Positions 8,298-19,268 of a stretch of DNA of 55,692 bases are shown piece after piece. Where the stretch lies: IMG/VR virus record IMGVR_UViG_3300029787_000058, positions 1 through 55,692 of that record, one strand, 5' to 3'. Under the pieces are notes generated by a model. It ran no database searches and had not been told where the DNA came from. It worked only from the letters and a program-made list of their open reading frames with translations. Position 1 is the first letter of the stretch; the number at the start of each line of letters is the position of its first letter. A program made the position numbers and the translations under genes. This stretch comes from a virus (lineage: Duplodnaviria > Caudoviricetes).

Positions 8298-9119
8298 ATG
8301 TCACAATCAAAAACAAAGAGCGCACCTGCTGCGCCAAAAACAACAAAGGCAACAGCGCCTAAGACTTCTTCAAGTCGCTTCACTCCCATTAAGAAAAAAT
8401 CAGTCAGAGATTCATTAGTAATTTTTGAAATTATTAAAGGCGGGGGTATCGTGTGTAAATTAAAATCTGAAATACCTGTGTATGATAGAGAGACTGGTAA
8501 GGTGAGACAGATTCGTTACTGTCCTGGAGAGTCTAGTATTTTTAAAGACGAACAGGGTGAGGCATCCGTTCGTTCACACGTAGTATTTAGAGATGGACTT
8601 TTAAGTGTACCTGAAGAAAAGGCTAACCTAAGAGATTTTTTATACGCACACCCTTCTAATGCTGCCAATGGCGGTGGTTTATTTCGTGTGCTAGATAATA
8701 CTAAACATTATGAGGCTGAAGTCGATAATGAATTTTTGGTTCATGATGCGGTTGCATTAGTTCGTAATAAAGAATTAGACGAAATACTTTCAGTCGCCCT
8801 TGCTTTAAATATTAACATACAGCAAACTACCTTAGAGATAAGAAGAGAACTTCTTAAAGAGGCTAAGAGTAATCCTCAGAACTTCATTAGAATGTTTGAC
8901 GATCCTAGGGTTAAAGTTCGATCGGCTATTATTCAAGCGAAGGACTTTCAAATTATAAGCATGAAAAATGATGGTGCTTACTGGTTTGACAGCGGCAACC
9001 TAATACTCTCTGTTCCACCGGGTCAAGACCCTGTAGACATTTTAGTTAGGTATTGCTTGACTGAAAAAGGAACTACATTATACGAGGAGATCCTTGCGAG
9101 ACTAGAGAAGTTGTCTTAG
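8298..9119 (+). CDS. Conserved structural protein
   Basis: 273-aa ORF after capsid; RQIRY.....SIF.DEQ and L..HP.N motifs. Confidence 0.55.
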   Translation: MSQSKTKSAPAAPKTTKATAPKTSSSRFTPIKKKSVRDSLVIFEIIKGGGIVCKLKSEIPVYDRETGKVRQIRYCPGESSIFKDEQGEASVRSHVVFRDGLLSVPEEKANLRDFLYAHPSNAANGGGLFRVLDNTKHYEAEVDNEFLVHDAVALVRNKELDEILSVALALNINIQQTTLEIRRELLKEAKSNPQNFIRMFDDPRVKVRSAIIQAKDFQIISMKNDGAYWFDSGNLILSVPPGQDPVDILVRYCLTEKGTTLYEEILARLEKLS

Positions 9120-9128
9120 ATTTGTAGT

Positions 9129-9212
9129 ATTCATAATGGATTTTTAGGACGTACAAGGATTTGGTTTTCCACGTTCCAACCAAGGGGGGTTCCGCAAGAA
9201 CCCCCTTTGTTA
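9129..9212 (+). ncRNA. Candidate ~85-nt small RNA
   Basis: Bounded by promoter TAGATTTG (9117-9124) and terminator (9183-9216); no ORF of note; GGACGU/ACGUUCC stem presents AAGGAUUUGGUUUU. Confidence 0.55.
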
Positions 9213-9216
9213 TTTT
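9183..9216 (+). terminator. Intrinsic terminator
   Basis: AGGGGGGTTC-cgcaa-GAACCCCCTT followed by TGTTATTTT. Confidence 0.85.
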
Positions 9217-9218
9217 CG

Positions 9219-9226
9219 TATATTTG
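9219..9226 (+). promoter_or_regulatory. -7 promoter TATATTTG for tail operon
   Basis: Consensus match upstream of 9246. Confidence 0.7.
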
Positions 9227-9245
9227 CTAAAATGCTTAAAAGATT

Positions 9246-10001
9246 ATGGCAAGTGTACAAAGAGTTTTTGACGCAGTAAAAGACATAGCAAATAAAGATC
9301 AACGAGGATTTGTAACTCCCGCTATCTTTAACCAGTTTGCTGGCGTGGCGCAAATGAACGTGTTCAATCGTTTGTTTGGGGAGATAACTATGAGCAATAG
9401 ATTAAGAAGATCTAACATTGATGGACCTAGAATTTTTTCTAGATCTAAAACAGTACAAGAAGACCTTTCTGTTTTTTCTAAAAAAAGCACACTCACTTTG
9501 AGCGCATCAAAAGAGGCCACTAAGCCTACTGATCTAGCGAGAGTGGTATCAATAAATACGATAGGTAAAAAAATATTAGGAGTAGAGGAGCAAGCACAGG
9601 TTCAGTTAGTATACAACGAGGATCATATAGACAGAATAATCAACAGCGATTTATCTGCACCCTCTGACTCGGCCCCTGTTGCTTTAATATCAGAGAAGAT
9701 TGAAATATTTCCAAACACTAATACAAGTATTGGATCAATTGTTTTAAGGTATTATAAGTTACCAGAAGGTCTTGTTCCTACAACCCAGGCAAAGACAACC
9801 TCATCTCCAAAGTTTGGTTACACAACAGCGGTAGCCGGAGTTGAAGTTTATGATGCCACAAATAGTGTAGACTTCGAATTACCAGAACATTATTTTGCTG
9901 AATTAGTAGAAGAAATATTAGTACTAGTTGGAGTCAACCTTAGAGATAAAGATGTTTACGCATACGCAAGCAATGAAGTAACCAAAGAAAATAATTCTTA
10001 A
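9246..10001 (+). CDS. Putative tail tubular/ring protein
   Basis: NKDQRGFVTP..FN..A..AQ and DFELP motifs; position in tail module. Confidence 0.55.
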   Translation: MASVQRVFDAVKDIANKDQRGFVTPAIFNQFAGVAQMNVFNRLFGEITMSNRLRRSNIDGPRIFSRSKTVQEDLSVFSKKSTLTLSASKEATKPTDLARVVSINTIGKKILGVEEQAQVQLVYNEDHIDRIINSDLSAPSDSAPVALISEKIEIFPNTNTSIGSIVLRYYKLPEGLVPTTQAKTTSSPKFGYTTAVAGVEVYDATNSVDFELPEHYFAELVEEILVLVGVNLRDKDVYAYASNEVTKENNS

Positions 10002-10744
10002 TGAGTCAGAATTACATACCAATAGACTACGTTGTCAATGACTATATAATGAGTATTGATGATGATGACTATGGCGCTACCCCTTCGGATTACATGGTTA
10101 GGCAATATGCCTTACGTGGAATTAGAGAGTTTGGCTTTGACATAAGTCATAATATTAAAACAGAAATACTAGATGTTAATTTAAATCTAGGAACTGTAGA
10201 ACTTCCTTGTGACTATGTTGACATGGTTAAGTTAGGACAACTTGGTCCTGATGGCCTGGTGTATGTGTTTGCTAACAATCCAAACATGAACATCTTAAAC
10301 AATCAGCCTGCTGAAACAATGCCTAACTATTTGCTAGGCTTTGACTCCTATGTTTTTCAAAACTTTATGTACGAGTCTACTCAAGGAAGGTTGTACGGAA
10401 TGGGTGGAGGTCAAGGTGCTGGTGAGTATAGAATAAACCTTAATGAGAATCGGATAGAGATTGCAGCGATATCATCAACAAGCAAGGTTGTATTGGAGTA
10501 TATCTCTGACGAAGCAAAGTCTAGCAATCCTTGTGTACCTGTGATGGCAGAGCAGGCATTGAGGGCATACATATATCATAAAATTATAGAAAGAAAATCT
10601 AGTGTTCCTTTGGGAGAAAAGCAAAGGGCACGTGCAGAATATTACAACGAAAGGAGATTAGCCAACTCACGCATGAAGTCCTTTAATAAATTTGATGCGC
10701 TTAGTGTGAGCAGGCAGAACTTTGTCCTTAGCCCTAAATCGTAA
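10001..10744 (+). CDS. Putative tail ring/adaptor protein
   Basis: LPCDYV, VVLEYISD, AEQALRAYI; TAATG coupling to previous gene. Confidence 0.55.
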   Translation: MSQNYIPIDYVVNDYIMSIDDDDYGATPSDYMVRQYALRGIREFGFDISHNIKTEILDVNLNLGTVELPCDYVDMVKLGQLGPDGLVYVFANNPNMNILNNQPAETMPNYLLGFDSYVFQNFMYESTQGRLYGMGGGQGAGEYRINLNENRIEIAAISSTSKVVLEYISDEAKSSNPCVPVMAEQALRAYIYHKIIERKSSVPLGEKQRARAEYYNERRLANSRMKSFNKFDALSVSRQNFVLSPKS

Positions 10745-10746
10745 TC

Positions 10747-13700
10747 ATGCCAAGAATAGACAAGTTAATACCCAGGTATCTAAACACTGACGACGATGAG
10801 CGCCTGATTAAAAAAACAGAGATGACCGATGCTCAAAACATTAGGGTCGCTGTTGATGTTGAGAAGGATTCATTGGTGTTAAAAAACGCCTGGGGAAATA
10901 CTAAAAGGTCTACTACTATTGAGAATGGATCCGCCCTAACAGGAGTAAGCGTTACATTGGGTGTTGTTGCTGATGACAATGCGGGTCAAATATATTACTT
11001 CGTTTATAATTCAAATCTAGATCATACAATATTTAGATACGATCAGAATGCAAAGAAGACATTCATTGTATATCAAAGTTCTATCCTGCAATTTTCAGAG
11101 GATGGGTTTATAGATGCAGACATTATAAGACTAGCAAACAACGACATCCTTCTTTACTTTAATGACGGACGTAGCCAGCCTAAAAAGATTAATGCTACCC
11201 TGTGTGAAGAAAGTGTTAGTGGTGTAGGTGGATATCCTTCACTATTCACCACAGGAACTGTTCAAGAGAGGCTACAATACATAACAGTGGCAAAAGCACC
11301 ACCACTTGTAACCCCTGTTCTTACGTTTGTAAACAACTCATCATTTCCACAGAATGAAATATTTACTAAGAACTTTCAGTTCGCATATCAGTATGAATAC
11401 TTCGATGGAGAGCAGAGTGCGTTAAGTCCATACTCAAGATTATCGGTTGCTCCTAATCAATTAAAGGATGGATTTAATAATGTGGGTGAGCAAAACTTTT
11501 TTAATCAAATCAATATTAGTGTTACCAATAGCCCGGCAGATGTTAGTAAGATTAAAGTCTATGCAAGGCTTGGGGATAAGGATGCTGCATTCTTTTTAGT
11601 CGATACCATTGACAATGTAAGTGGAACAACGACTAGTGTTGTTGAGTTTAGAAACGACAGTAACTATACTGGTTTAAGCGCAACGGTTCAGGATAAAATA
11701 TTCGATAGTGTTCCTCAAGTTGCTGACGCTCAAGCCATATCAAACGGAAGACTTTTTTATGGAGGCTATACGGAGGGATATGATGCAACATCCACAGATC
11801 TTGTAATTCAACCGAACTATAACGCAAAACCACCTACTGAAGATGTAACAGTTCAACTCCATCCAGATACAGATAATGAGTTTACTATAGATACAACCAG
11901 TATTACTACACCTGTTCCAGAAAAAAGTCGTTTGTTTTTATCATTCACCTGGAACGATGGCGCTGTAATAATAAAAAACAATTTAGGAGATAACAATGAC
12001 TATAATTTCTTAGGTGCTCAAGGCAGTAATGAAATAGCAGTACGAAACACTTTAACTTCACGAACTTTAGATACTACTTTTCCTAATGAAATAAAGGCTT
12101 TAGCAGGGTTTAGATATAATAGTGGCGGGTTTGGTGGAATAAATGTAACTGATGGTGTCTTAAACAGCCCACCTAATGTTAGATTTATTGTACAAAAAGG
12201 AACATCGGACACTAATGAAAAAGATATTGGTGTTCGAAAAATAGTAAAAGGTTTACGAGTTATTAGTTCTGGTGTTCAGTTTCGAGAAATCATTGAACTA
12301 GAAGCCGGGGACACTAGATCGACTATTGTTAAGAAAGTTAGAAATGCCATAGCCAAAAACAGGCCCATTAGTTTTGATCCTCAGTCTGGAGAGGCTGGGT
12401 TTAGTGTTTTAAAAACAGGAGGTCAAACAAGTGGTAGTCAAGAGAACGCATCTTTCAAAGGGCAAGGAACAGCCTTTGCTCTCCAGCAAAATCAAAGAGA
12501 ATCCGATACTTCAGGAATTTTAAGATTTAGGGTTAAGATAGAAAAAGTTACCTTCCATATAAATAAATTAACATTTGGAGATAAGGAGTCAGAAATAATA
12601 AACCCTAAAGGTATTGCCTCATCATTTGACATAATTGAAGGCAGCACAAATAGTGTAGGACAAAATAATCAAATTAGAGGTATAACAAGTTTTACTCCTA
12701 CTTTAGGTGGTCAGTTTGTAAAAGCCTCCAATCAAAACGTAGATAAAAGAGCCGCAGTTGTAACAAGAAACGGAGCCTATGTTTCAACAGGAGCGTGTTT
12801 CGTTATTGCTACTAATCAAATGTTTGGAGACAGATGCTTTAAGTCCGGATCAACACATCAGTTTGGTATAGTACATTTCGACAACAGAGGAAGGGCAGGA
12901 ACTGTAGAGCCTGTAGGTGGAGAGGTATTTATTGAACATACAAACAATAGGGCCAATCAAAATGATAATGATGGCTTTGCAAATGTTACCGCACGAATAA
13001 GAGGAACTGCCCCACCATGGGCTGAGAGGTACTCAATAGTATACGCAGGTCAGGGTAGTATTATAAATAAAATACAATACACCATAGGGGGTGCTTACGT
13101 TGCGACTAACGACAATAGTAATGAAGGATCGTTTGGCGCTACAAAGTCCATTTACTTGTCTCTAAACACCCTTCAGAGCAAGGCTAACTCATATGACAAT
13201 CAGTTGGGTGCTGATATTAATTATGGATATGCTTCAGGTGACCTTCTTAGAATCGTTCAATATGGTAATAATCAAAAATCTACCGCAGAGTGGAGGGTGT
13301 CTAAGGTCGTAAGTTTATTAGCAGATCCTTTAACTAATCCTCTTTTAGATCAAAGCAGTAAGGCCGCTATAGAAAACACTACCGGAGACTTTATTGTAAT
13401 AGAAGATAATGGAACTCTTGGTTTTAATTATAATAGCATATCCAATGATAACAGCAACTGGGATAACAAGTGTTTGATTGAAATATATCGTCCATCAAAA
13501 GCATTTGAAGATTTATTCTTTTATGAAATAGGCGTTAACAATTCTATTTCTAGTTCAGGTGTTTATGGAACGTCACGGTCATCTACTACAATGAATATAG
13601 AGTTGTTTGATACTCCTGTTGTTCGACAGCCGTTTAAGTTTTATTCATCACAAAAACTTTATAAGGGTGATACAATAAGAAACGACGGAACTACGAATGA

Positions 13701-15798
13701 CATATTGGTAGGTAATGTTACAGAGGACACGTCAAAGACTGGTTACTCATATATGGTTTATGGAACTAGTATCTCCACATCGTGGGCTACTGGATCAGTA
13801 TATGCCATGACAGTACAGAATCCAGACGCTGTAGTAACAATTGATCAAGGAGACTCTTACTATCGATTAAGGACATTGTTTACAGGTGCGGCCCCAACAG
13901 CGGGAGACACCTGGAAAAATATAGCAACCGCTTTCTCTCAAAACTCTATTATTGAATTCGTTGAAGACCCTAGGGTTAGTGATTTTTTCCCTTCTGACTT
14001 TACGTCATTGGGTCGAAGGTTTGCTTTTTTCCCAAATGCACAAAGAATTAAAAGATTTGGTTCTATAACTTACTCAGATGTTTTTGACATTGACAATATA
14101 ACCCTTGGCTTATCGTCATTTAATGTTACGCTTTTGAATTTTCAGAACTTGTCTTACGATTATGGTTCTATAAAAGCAATGGTATCCTATAATCAAGTTA
14201 TGTATATCATACATGAGCGTAGAGCAGGAATTATTCCAGTAGATAGGAATCTTTTAACAGCGCCTTCAGGAGATACATTGACAGCAACCAACAGGGTACT
14301 TGGTCCAGTAAAATATTATGCGGCTGAATATGGATGTAATAACAATCCAGAGTCAGTAACAACATACAGAGGTAGTGTATTCTTTGTAGACGCAAAAGCA
14401 GGAAAGGTTTGTAAAATAAACTTTGACTCAGGTATTCAAGTGATAAGTGAAAACCTAGTAGACTCTTTCTTCAAACAAAAAATGTTCTCTACATCTACAA
14501 GTGCCATGAATAGAAAGTACATAGGTGGTATGGACAGAGAGAATAACGAATACATTATTAGTTCACCTGCTTTGAGTACTTCTAAAATAACTATCACCGA
14601 CACCCTTGGTTCAGGAACCACTGTTGTTGAGGGATTTGGACGAACTAATAGTGGAGCAAACAGAATAATAGCAACACCTGTATATAATAATGAACTTACT
14701 TTTGACTGGAGTTCTGATCCTAGAACTTTTGAGATTAATCAAGACAAGACAGACAAGTCAGGAGAGGCTGCAATCATTGTTAACCAACTAACGAATACAC
14801 CTATCGTTGCTGTGGCAGAAGACCTAGAGCCATCATCAAGTTCCACTAGCGTTTTAAAAACGGATATAGAATTACCCTTGATGACTACCTCTTACGACTC
14901 ATTTACCATAGGGCAGTTCGATCAAAAAACAGGTGAGGTAAGTATTACTGGTGGAGGGTCAGACTCTTCAGGAACAATAACTAATACAGCGGAAACCCTT
15001 CCTGCTTTTACAATAGCATATGATGTAAGAAGTAACTTTTGGAGTACTAGATATTCTTATATCGCAGAACAGATAACAGGATTATCGGATAGGCTTTACA
15101 CATTTAAGAACGGAGACATATATGAGCATGAGCCTACTGCCACTCGTAACACATTTTATGGAGTAGCAGGTGATTCAGTAGTAGAGGTTGTGTCAAACTT
15201 TAATCCCTCTATGGTTAAGATATATGAAGCGGTAAGCCTAGAAGGAAACAATAGTGCCTGGAGTGTTGACATTAGTAACACAGATCAAAGCAGCGCCTTG
15301 GCTACATCTACATGGGAAGAGAAAGAAGGATTTTATTATGCGCCTATACATCAAGACTCTAAGAACACTGTATCATATACTGCAACAGCGGATATAACTA
15401 GTGTGAGCGGAACGTCAGAAATATTTGGTCTAGGTGTTGTGGACTCTATTGCTACAGATACAATCACATTCAAGAACACTATAAACAATATGTCTTTTCC
15501 ATTGGGTAATAGCACAGCGTTGTTTAAGTATGATACGGCTAACAATAAATTAGTCCCCTTAGTGTTGTATGCAGCGTCAATATCTGGGGAGAAAAAATTA
15601 ACGTGTAATGGTACGGTAAGTGGCCTTGCTCAAGATGATCAGGTAGTGTTGATAGGTAATTCACCTATTGAAGGAGACTCATTGAGAGACTATTATTTGA
15701 AGGCAAAATTCAGTAATAGCACAACAACACCACACGAACTTTACGCTGTTAACTTTATTTATTCTAAGTCTAACCTACACAACCAGCAAGGTCAGTGA
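10747..15798 (+). CDS. Large tail stabilisation/muzzle protein
   Basis: 1683 aa, beta-rich; LN.DDDERL...DAQN start, YGC..NPES, FFVDAK.G and LYTFKNG motifs as in podovirus stabilisation proteins. Confidence 0.7.
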   Translation: MPRIDKLIPRYLNTDDDERLIKKTEMTDAQNIRVAVDVEKDSLVLKNAWGNTKRSTTIENGSALTGVSVTLGVVADDNAGQIYYFVYNSNLDHTIFRYDQNAKKTFIVYQSSILQFSEDGFIDADIIRLANNDILLYFNDGRSQPKKINATLCEESVSGVGGYPSLFTTGTVQERLQYITVAKAPPLVTPVLTFVNNSSFPQNEIFTKNFQFAYQYEYFDGEQSALSPYSRLSVAPNQLKDGFNNVGEQNFFNQINISVTNSPADVSKIKVYARLGDKDAAFFLVDTIDNVSGTTTSVVEFRNDSNYTGLSATVQDKIFDSVPQVADAQAISNGRLFYGGYTEGYDATSTDLVIQPNYNAKPPTEDVTVQLHPDTDNEFTIDTTSITTPVPEKSRLFLSFTWNDGAVIIKNNLGDNNDYNFLGAQGSNEIAVRNTLTSRTLDTTFPNEIKALAGFRYNSGGFGGINVTDGVLNSPPNVRFIVQKGTSDTNEKDIGVRKIVKGLRVISSGVQFREIIELEAGDTRSTIVKKVRNAIAKNRPISFDPQSGEAGFSVLKTGGQTSGSQENASFKGQGTAFALQQNQRESDTSGILRFRVKIEKVTFHINKLTFGDKESEIINPKGIASSFDIIEGSTNSVGQNNQIRGITSFTPTLGGQFVKASNQNVDKRAAVVTRNGAYVSTGACFVIATNQMFGDRCFKSGSTHQFGIVHFDNRGRAGTVEPVGGEVFIEHTNNRANQNDNDGFANVTARIRGTAPPWAERYSIVYAGQGSIINKIQYTIGGAYVATNDNSNEGSFGATKSIYLSLNTLQSKANSYDNQLGADINYGYASGDLLRIVQYGNNQKSTAEWRVSKVVSLLADPLTNPLLDQSSKAAIENTTGDFIVIEDNGTLGFNYNSISNDNSNWDNKCLIEIYRPSKAFEDLFFYEIGVNNSISSSGVYGTSRSSTTMNIELFDTPVVRQPFKFYSSQKLYKGDTIRNDGTTNDILVGNVTEDTSKTGYSYMVYGTSISTSWATGSVYAMTVQNPDAVVTIDQGDSYYRLRTLFTGAAPTAGDTWKNIATAFSQNSIIEFVEDPRVSDFFPSDFTSLGRRFAFFPNAQRIKRFGSITYSDVFDIDNITLGLSSFNVTLLNFQNLSYDYGSIKAMVSYNQVMYIIHERRAGIIPVDRNLLTAPSGDTLTATNRVLGPVKYYAAEYGCNNNPESVTTYRGSVFFVDAKAGKVCKINFDSGIQVISENLVDSFFKQKMFSTSTSAMNRKYIGGMDRENNEYIISSPALSTSKITITDTLGSGTTVVEGFGRTNSGANRIIATPVYNNELTFDWSSDPRTFEINQDKTDKSGEAAIIVNQLTNTPIVAVAEDLEPSSSSTSVLKTDIELPLMTTSYDSFTIGQFDQKTGEVSITGGGSDSSGTITNTAETLPAFTIAYDVRSNFWSTRYSYIAEQITGLSDRLYTFKNGDIYEHEPTATRNTFYGVAGDSVVEVVSNFNPSMVKIYEAVSLEGNNSAWSVDISNTDQSSALATSTWEEKEGFYYAPIHQDSKNTVSYTATADITSVSGTSEIFGLGVVDSIATDTITFKNTINNMSFPLGNSTALFKYDTANNKLVPLVLYAASISGEKKLTCNGTVSGLAQDDQVVLIGNSPIEGDSLRDYYLKAKFSNSTTTPHELYAVNFIYSKSNLHNQQGQ

Positions 15799-15805
15799 TA
15801 ATGAG

Positions 15806-15813
15806 TACTTTTG
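15806..15813 (+). promoter_or_regulatory. -7 promoter TACTTTTG, 4 nt before ATG (probably leaderless)
   Basis: TACTTTTG-tatt-ATG(15818). Confidence 0.65.
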
Positions 15814-15817
15814 TATT

Positions 15818-17317
15818 ATGAACAATTTAAAGAAATTTTGGGTCGGAGGCGCTTTGAACATGGCAGCAGGGGCCTACGGTGCAATATCTGGAGCCGTTCA
15901 AGAAAGAAATGCTAGAAAGAGAATGGCGATGGCTGCTGAAGAAGCGGCTAGTCCTATTAGAAGTCAAGCCGCAAGGCAAAGGGTAGCCCGACAAGAGGGT
16001 GATGCTCAGGCTGCTATCGATTCTGCGTTACGTGCAGAGGCAACAGCGGCTCAACAACTAGCACAGGCTGGCGGGGCAAGAGCATTAGCAGGAAGAACTG
16101 CTGGTCTTCAAAGAGCAACCGGTATGTCTACCGATAGGGCCTTACAAAGATTTGGAGATTATGGTGCACAAGTATCTGCTGCACAAGACGCTGCTCAGGT
16201 CAATCAAATTAATCAAAGGCTTGGAGGTAATCTTGACAGACTAGCAAAGGCTGCTGACGCTGGTCGGGCTCAAATGCTTGGCGGTATTGCTCAAGGTATT
16301 GGAGGAATAGCACAGGTAGCGGGTAGTCTATCAAAGAAAAAAAGAGATAATACAAAAGTAGAAACTGCTGATCCAATTACCGGTCTACAGACAAAGGGCC
16401 CTGCAAACTTAACTGAGGATATTGGTAGTGTTGGAGGTATTCCTCAGCCTGGTGCTGACTTACAAACAAAAGGATTGTCAACATTTTCAAGTCAATCAAA
16501 CATACCTAGCGTAAAGCGTAGACGAGGACTGCCAAGTAGTAGTTTTGAAAATGCTGCTAAAATGGCAAGTGGTTTACAATCGAGACGAGCACCTGAAGTA
16601 AACTTTGAAAGTCTTCGAGATGAACCTTTTGTTCCTCAGATACAAGATGCTACTCCGTTAGAGGATTTATCTATTCTTGGAAAGAACATAACACTTCTTC
16701 CTGAAATGGATCCCATCGATACATCTTTTCCTAGAAACACTTCCAACACAGAAAATCTTATTTTAAATCCCGATGGAGGTTATAACCTTTACGATGATGG
16801 CTCAGACGAATATAAATATAACCTTGCAAGGGGCCCACTTCCAGGAACTGCTAGAACTATGGTTGGGGATGCTCAAGGTTTTCGTATTCCTGGTGGAGTT
16901 AGGCGCTCTCCATATTTTGCAAGTAAAAGAAGTCAAGATGTTCAAGACATTATGATTCCTTTTGATGAGGCTATAGAAGAAGAGTTTATGTACGACAGAG
17001 GAGGTATGCAACCTAAATCTTCAGACGAAGAAGTGGATGCACTAAAGGCAATGATGAGAATGGTATCTCACATTAAAAAAGAAGTGGGACCTCATAGCCT
17101 GGAAGAAGAAGTAGAAGAAACTCCAGGTGAATTTGATCATGATAGTAATCCTATTGACATAGTACAGGATGATGAAAAAATTGGAGAGATGACAGGAGGA
17201 GAATATATATTTAATCCTGAGCAGGCAGAAATGCTAAAGCAACTTTCTGAAGAAGGAGATAGCGAACTACATGACTTCGTACGTAACTTGTTAAGTAAAG
17301 AACAATTCAATGGCTGA
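15818..17317 (+). CDS. Putative internal virion/ejection protein
   Basis: A/Q/G-rich helical N-half with amphipathic GG segments; C-terminal TPGEFDH..NPI...GEMTGGEYI domain. Confidence 0.6.
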   Translation: MNNLKKFWVGGALNMAAGAYGAISGAVQERNARKRMAMAAEEAASPIRSQAARQRVARQEGDAQAAIDSALRAEATAAQQLAQAGGARALAGRTAGLQRATGMSTDRALQRFGDYGAQVSAAQDAAQVNQINQRLGGNLDRLAKAADAGRAQMLGGIAQGIGGIAQVAGSLSKKKRDNTKVETADPITGLQTKGPANLTEDIGSVGGIPQPGADLQTKGLSTFSSQSNIPSVKRRRGLPSSSFENAAKMASGLQSRRAPEVNFESLRDEPFVPQIQDATPLEDLSILGKNITLLPEMDPIDTSFPRNTSNTENLILNPDGGYNLYDDGSDEYKYNLARGPLPGTARTMVGDAQGFRIPGGVRRSPYFASKRSQDVQDIMIPFDEAIEEEFMYDRGGMQPKSSDEEVDALKAMMRMVSHIKKEVGPHSLEEEVEETPGEFDHDSNPIDIVQDDEKIGEMTGGEYIFNPEQAEMLKQLSEEGDSELHDFVRNLLSKEQFNG

Positions 17318-19256
17318 TACTAGATACTTTCAATCAACAGCGACAATGCCACAGGTGGACTATGGTGCTATATATGATAGGGCTGTTGCTCGAAGAGAAC
17401 AAAGGGAACAAAGAGAACTTGATTATCTAAACTCTTTTCAGCAAGTAAGAGGTGCATTAACTCCTGGAGGAAAAAAATTAGGACAAGAATCATTTCAACT
17501 AATACAAGACAGTCTTAATAGTGGAGATATGTCTGTCGAGGCGCAAAGAGAAAGAACTCAGTTGTACAACGAGTACAAAGATATTATGGCTGCTGGACTT
17601 GAGTATAAGAACAAACTTGACGATGTGTCTAAAAGGATATATGCAGATCCATCAAAATACAATAAGCCTGATGAACTTACTGCTCAAATAGATGTACTTA
17701 GAAATCAAGATTTTACAGATATTACGGATGTAGATAACGCTATCTCAAACATTCCTTCTCTTGCACAGTATAAAAGATACTCTGCTCCTGTATACAGTAT
17801 AAATGATGCGGTTCAAGATTATAGAAAAGGTGTTTCTGTGGATCAATTTTATAACATTGAGACAGGGGAACTAGATAACGAAGGCCTTAAACAAAGTATT
17901 GGTGAGTATTTTGATTTTCAAAACTTAGATGATGATGACATTTATGGAATTATAGCCAGCGATTTAAGGAGCAAAGGATTGTTAAGCAACACAGCGGCAG
18001 ACTCTGCTAGAATACTAGAGATTGTTGGTGATGATGAAAGAGCCAAAGCATCAACTGTTAGTTTTATAGAGAAAGTATATAACGCTAGCATGAATTCTTT
18101 TAATACAGATATTCAAACAGCGGCAGAAAAAAAACGACAATCAGATCTACTAGCATCAAGAGGTAATGTCTTTAGTTATGATCTTCCTAGTGTAACAGGT
18201 GTCGGTAATGAAAGCATACCCTTAACACTTATACCAAAACTAGAACTTATAGGAGATGAAAAGGCTTTAAGTAAGGACAATGCAACTGAGGAGGTAGTTC
18301 CTGTAAGCGCTGTTGGAAATATATCAGGAACTAAGCCAACCTATGAGGATAATAAAGGCGTAAAAAGAACTATTGAAAAAGTAGGTCTTGACTTAAAAGG
18401 AAATCCAATTGTAGTTCTATCATATGATCAACCTGTTGAGGGTTTATTAGGTAAAGAAAAGCATAAGGTGACAGAGATAGTTCCATGGAATGATGTTAGT
18501 GAGATAGGTTGGACTGGTGAAAATCAAGTTGAGAGAATTAAAAGTACAATAGAAGATATGCGATCTAATTATCGGCCGCAAACTCAACCTGGAGAAAATA
18601 CAACAGAGATTACAGATGAAACTGTGATTGAAACACCCGGATCAACAACGCAACCTTCTGCTGTTAGTAGCATATTTGGAGATATGTTAGGTGAATTGCC
18701 TAAAGATGTTGATGATCCAACAAACATACCGCCTTCTGAAAGACCAGTAGAAGTAAAAGAAGAAGAAGAAATAACAATGGAACGACCTGATATAACAGGG
18801 GGGTCAGATAGAACAAATGTAAACTTAGGTCCTGAACTTAAAAGTGCAAGTAACGTACAAGAAAATTTAAATGAAAATGAAGTGGTAGTAGAACAACTAC
18901 CTGAGCCTGCTCAAGAAGATGAACCTAAGTCTCTTGTAGAAAGACAAAACGAGGAGCAAGATAAGATGCGATCTTTATCTAACTCTAGGGAGTATTACAA
19001 TGAGTTAGTTGACGTGGCTGAGATAGTAAATGAATTAGATACTGCTGACTTAGATTTTGGGGATATCCTGCCAAGTAGTATTACCGTAATGACAGAAGAA
19101 AATCTTCAAGATTTAGTCTCTCGCAACGAAATTGATTTAGGAAAATATTCAGTTAAAGAATTTAAAGATTTGATAGCAGAGTATGTAGATAATTATCCTC
19201 TTTTCTTTAAGAGTGCTTTAGATCAAGATGGTCAAATGGAATTAGTTGAAGTTTAA
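17310..19256 (+). CDS. Putative internal virion/ejection protein
   Basis: 648-aa acidic ORF between other ejection-type genes. Confidence 0.5.
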   Translation: MADTRYFQSTATMPQVDYGAIYDRAVARREQREQRELDYLNSFQQVRGALTPGGKKLGQESFQLIQDSLNSGDMSVEAQRERTQLYNEYKDIMAAGLEYKNKLDDVSKRIYADPSKYNKPDELTAQIDVLRNQDFTDITDVDNAISNIPSLAQYKRYSAPVYSINDAVQDYRKGVSVDQFYNIETGELDNEGLKQSIGEYFDFQNLDDDDIYGIIASDLRSKGLLSNTAADSARILEIVGDDERAKASTVSFIEKVYNASMNSFNTDIQTAAEKKRQSDLLASRGNVFSYDLPSVTGVGNESIPLTLIPKLELIGDEKALSKDNATEEVVPVSAVGNISGTKPTYEDNKGVKRTIEKVGLDLKGNPIVVLSYDQPVEGLLGKEKHKVTEIVPWNDVSEIGWTGENQVERIKSTIEDMRSNYRPQTQPGENTTEITDETVIETPGSTTQPSAVSSIFGDMLGELPKDVDDPTNIPPSERPVEVKEEEEITMERPDITGGSDRTNVNLGPELKSASNVQENLNENEVVVEQLPEPAQEDEPKSLVERQNEEQDKMRSLSNSREYYNELVDVAEIVNELDTADLDFGDILPSSITVMTEENLQDLVSRNEIDLGKYSVKEFKDLIAEYVDNYPLFFKSALDQDGQMELVEV

Positions 19257-19268
19257 AACTAATAGAAT

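Noticed and set aside
9136-9160. GGA motifs in the candidate sRNA as a CsrA/Rsm sponge
   Set aside because: Only three GGA motifs, one buried in a stem; complementarity to early leaders explains them better.
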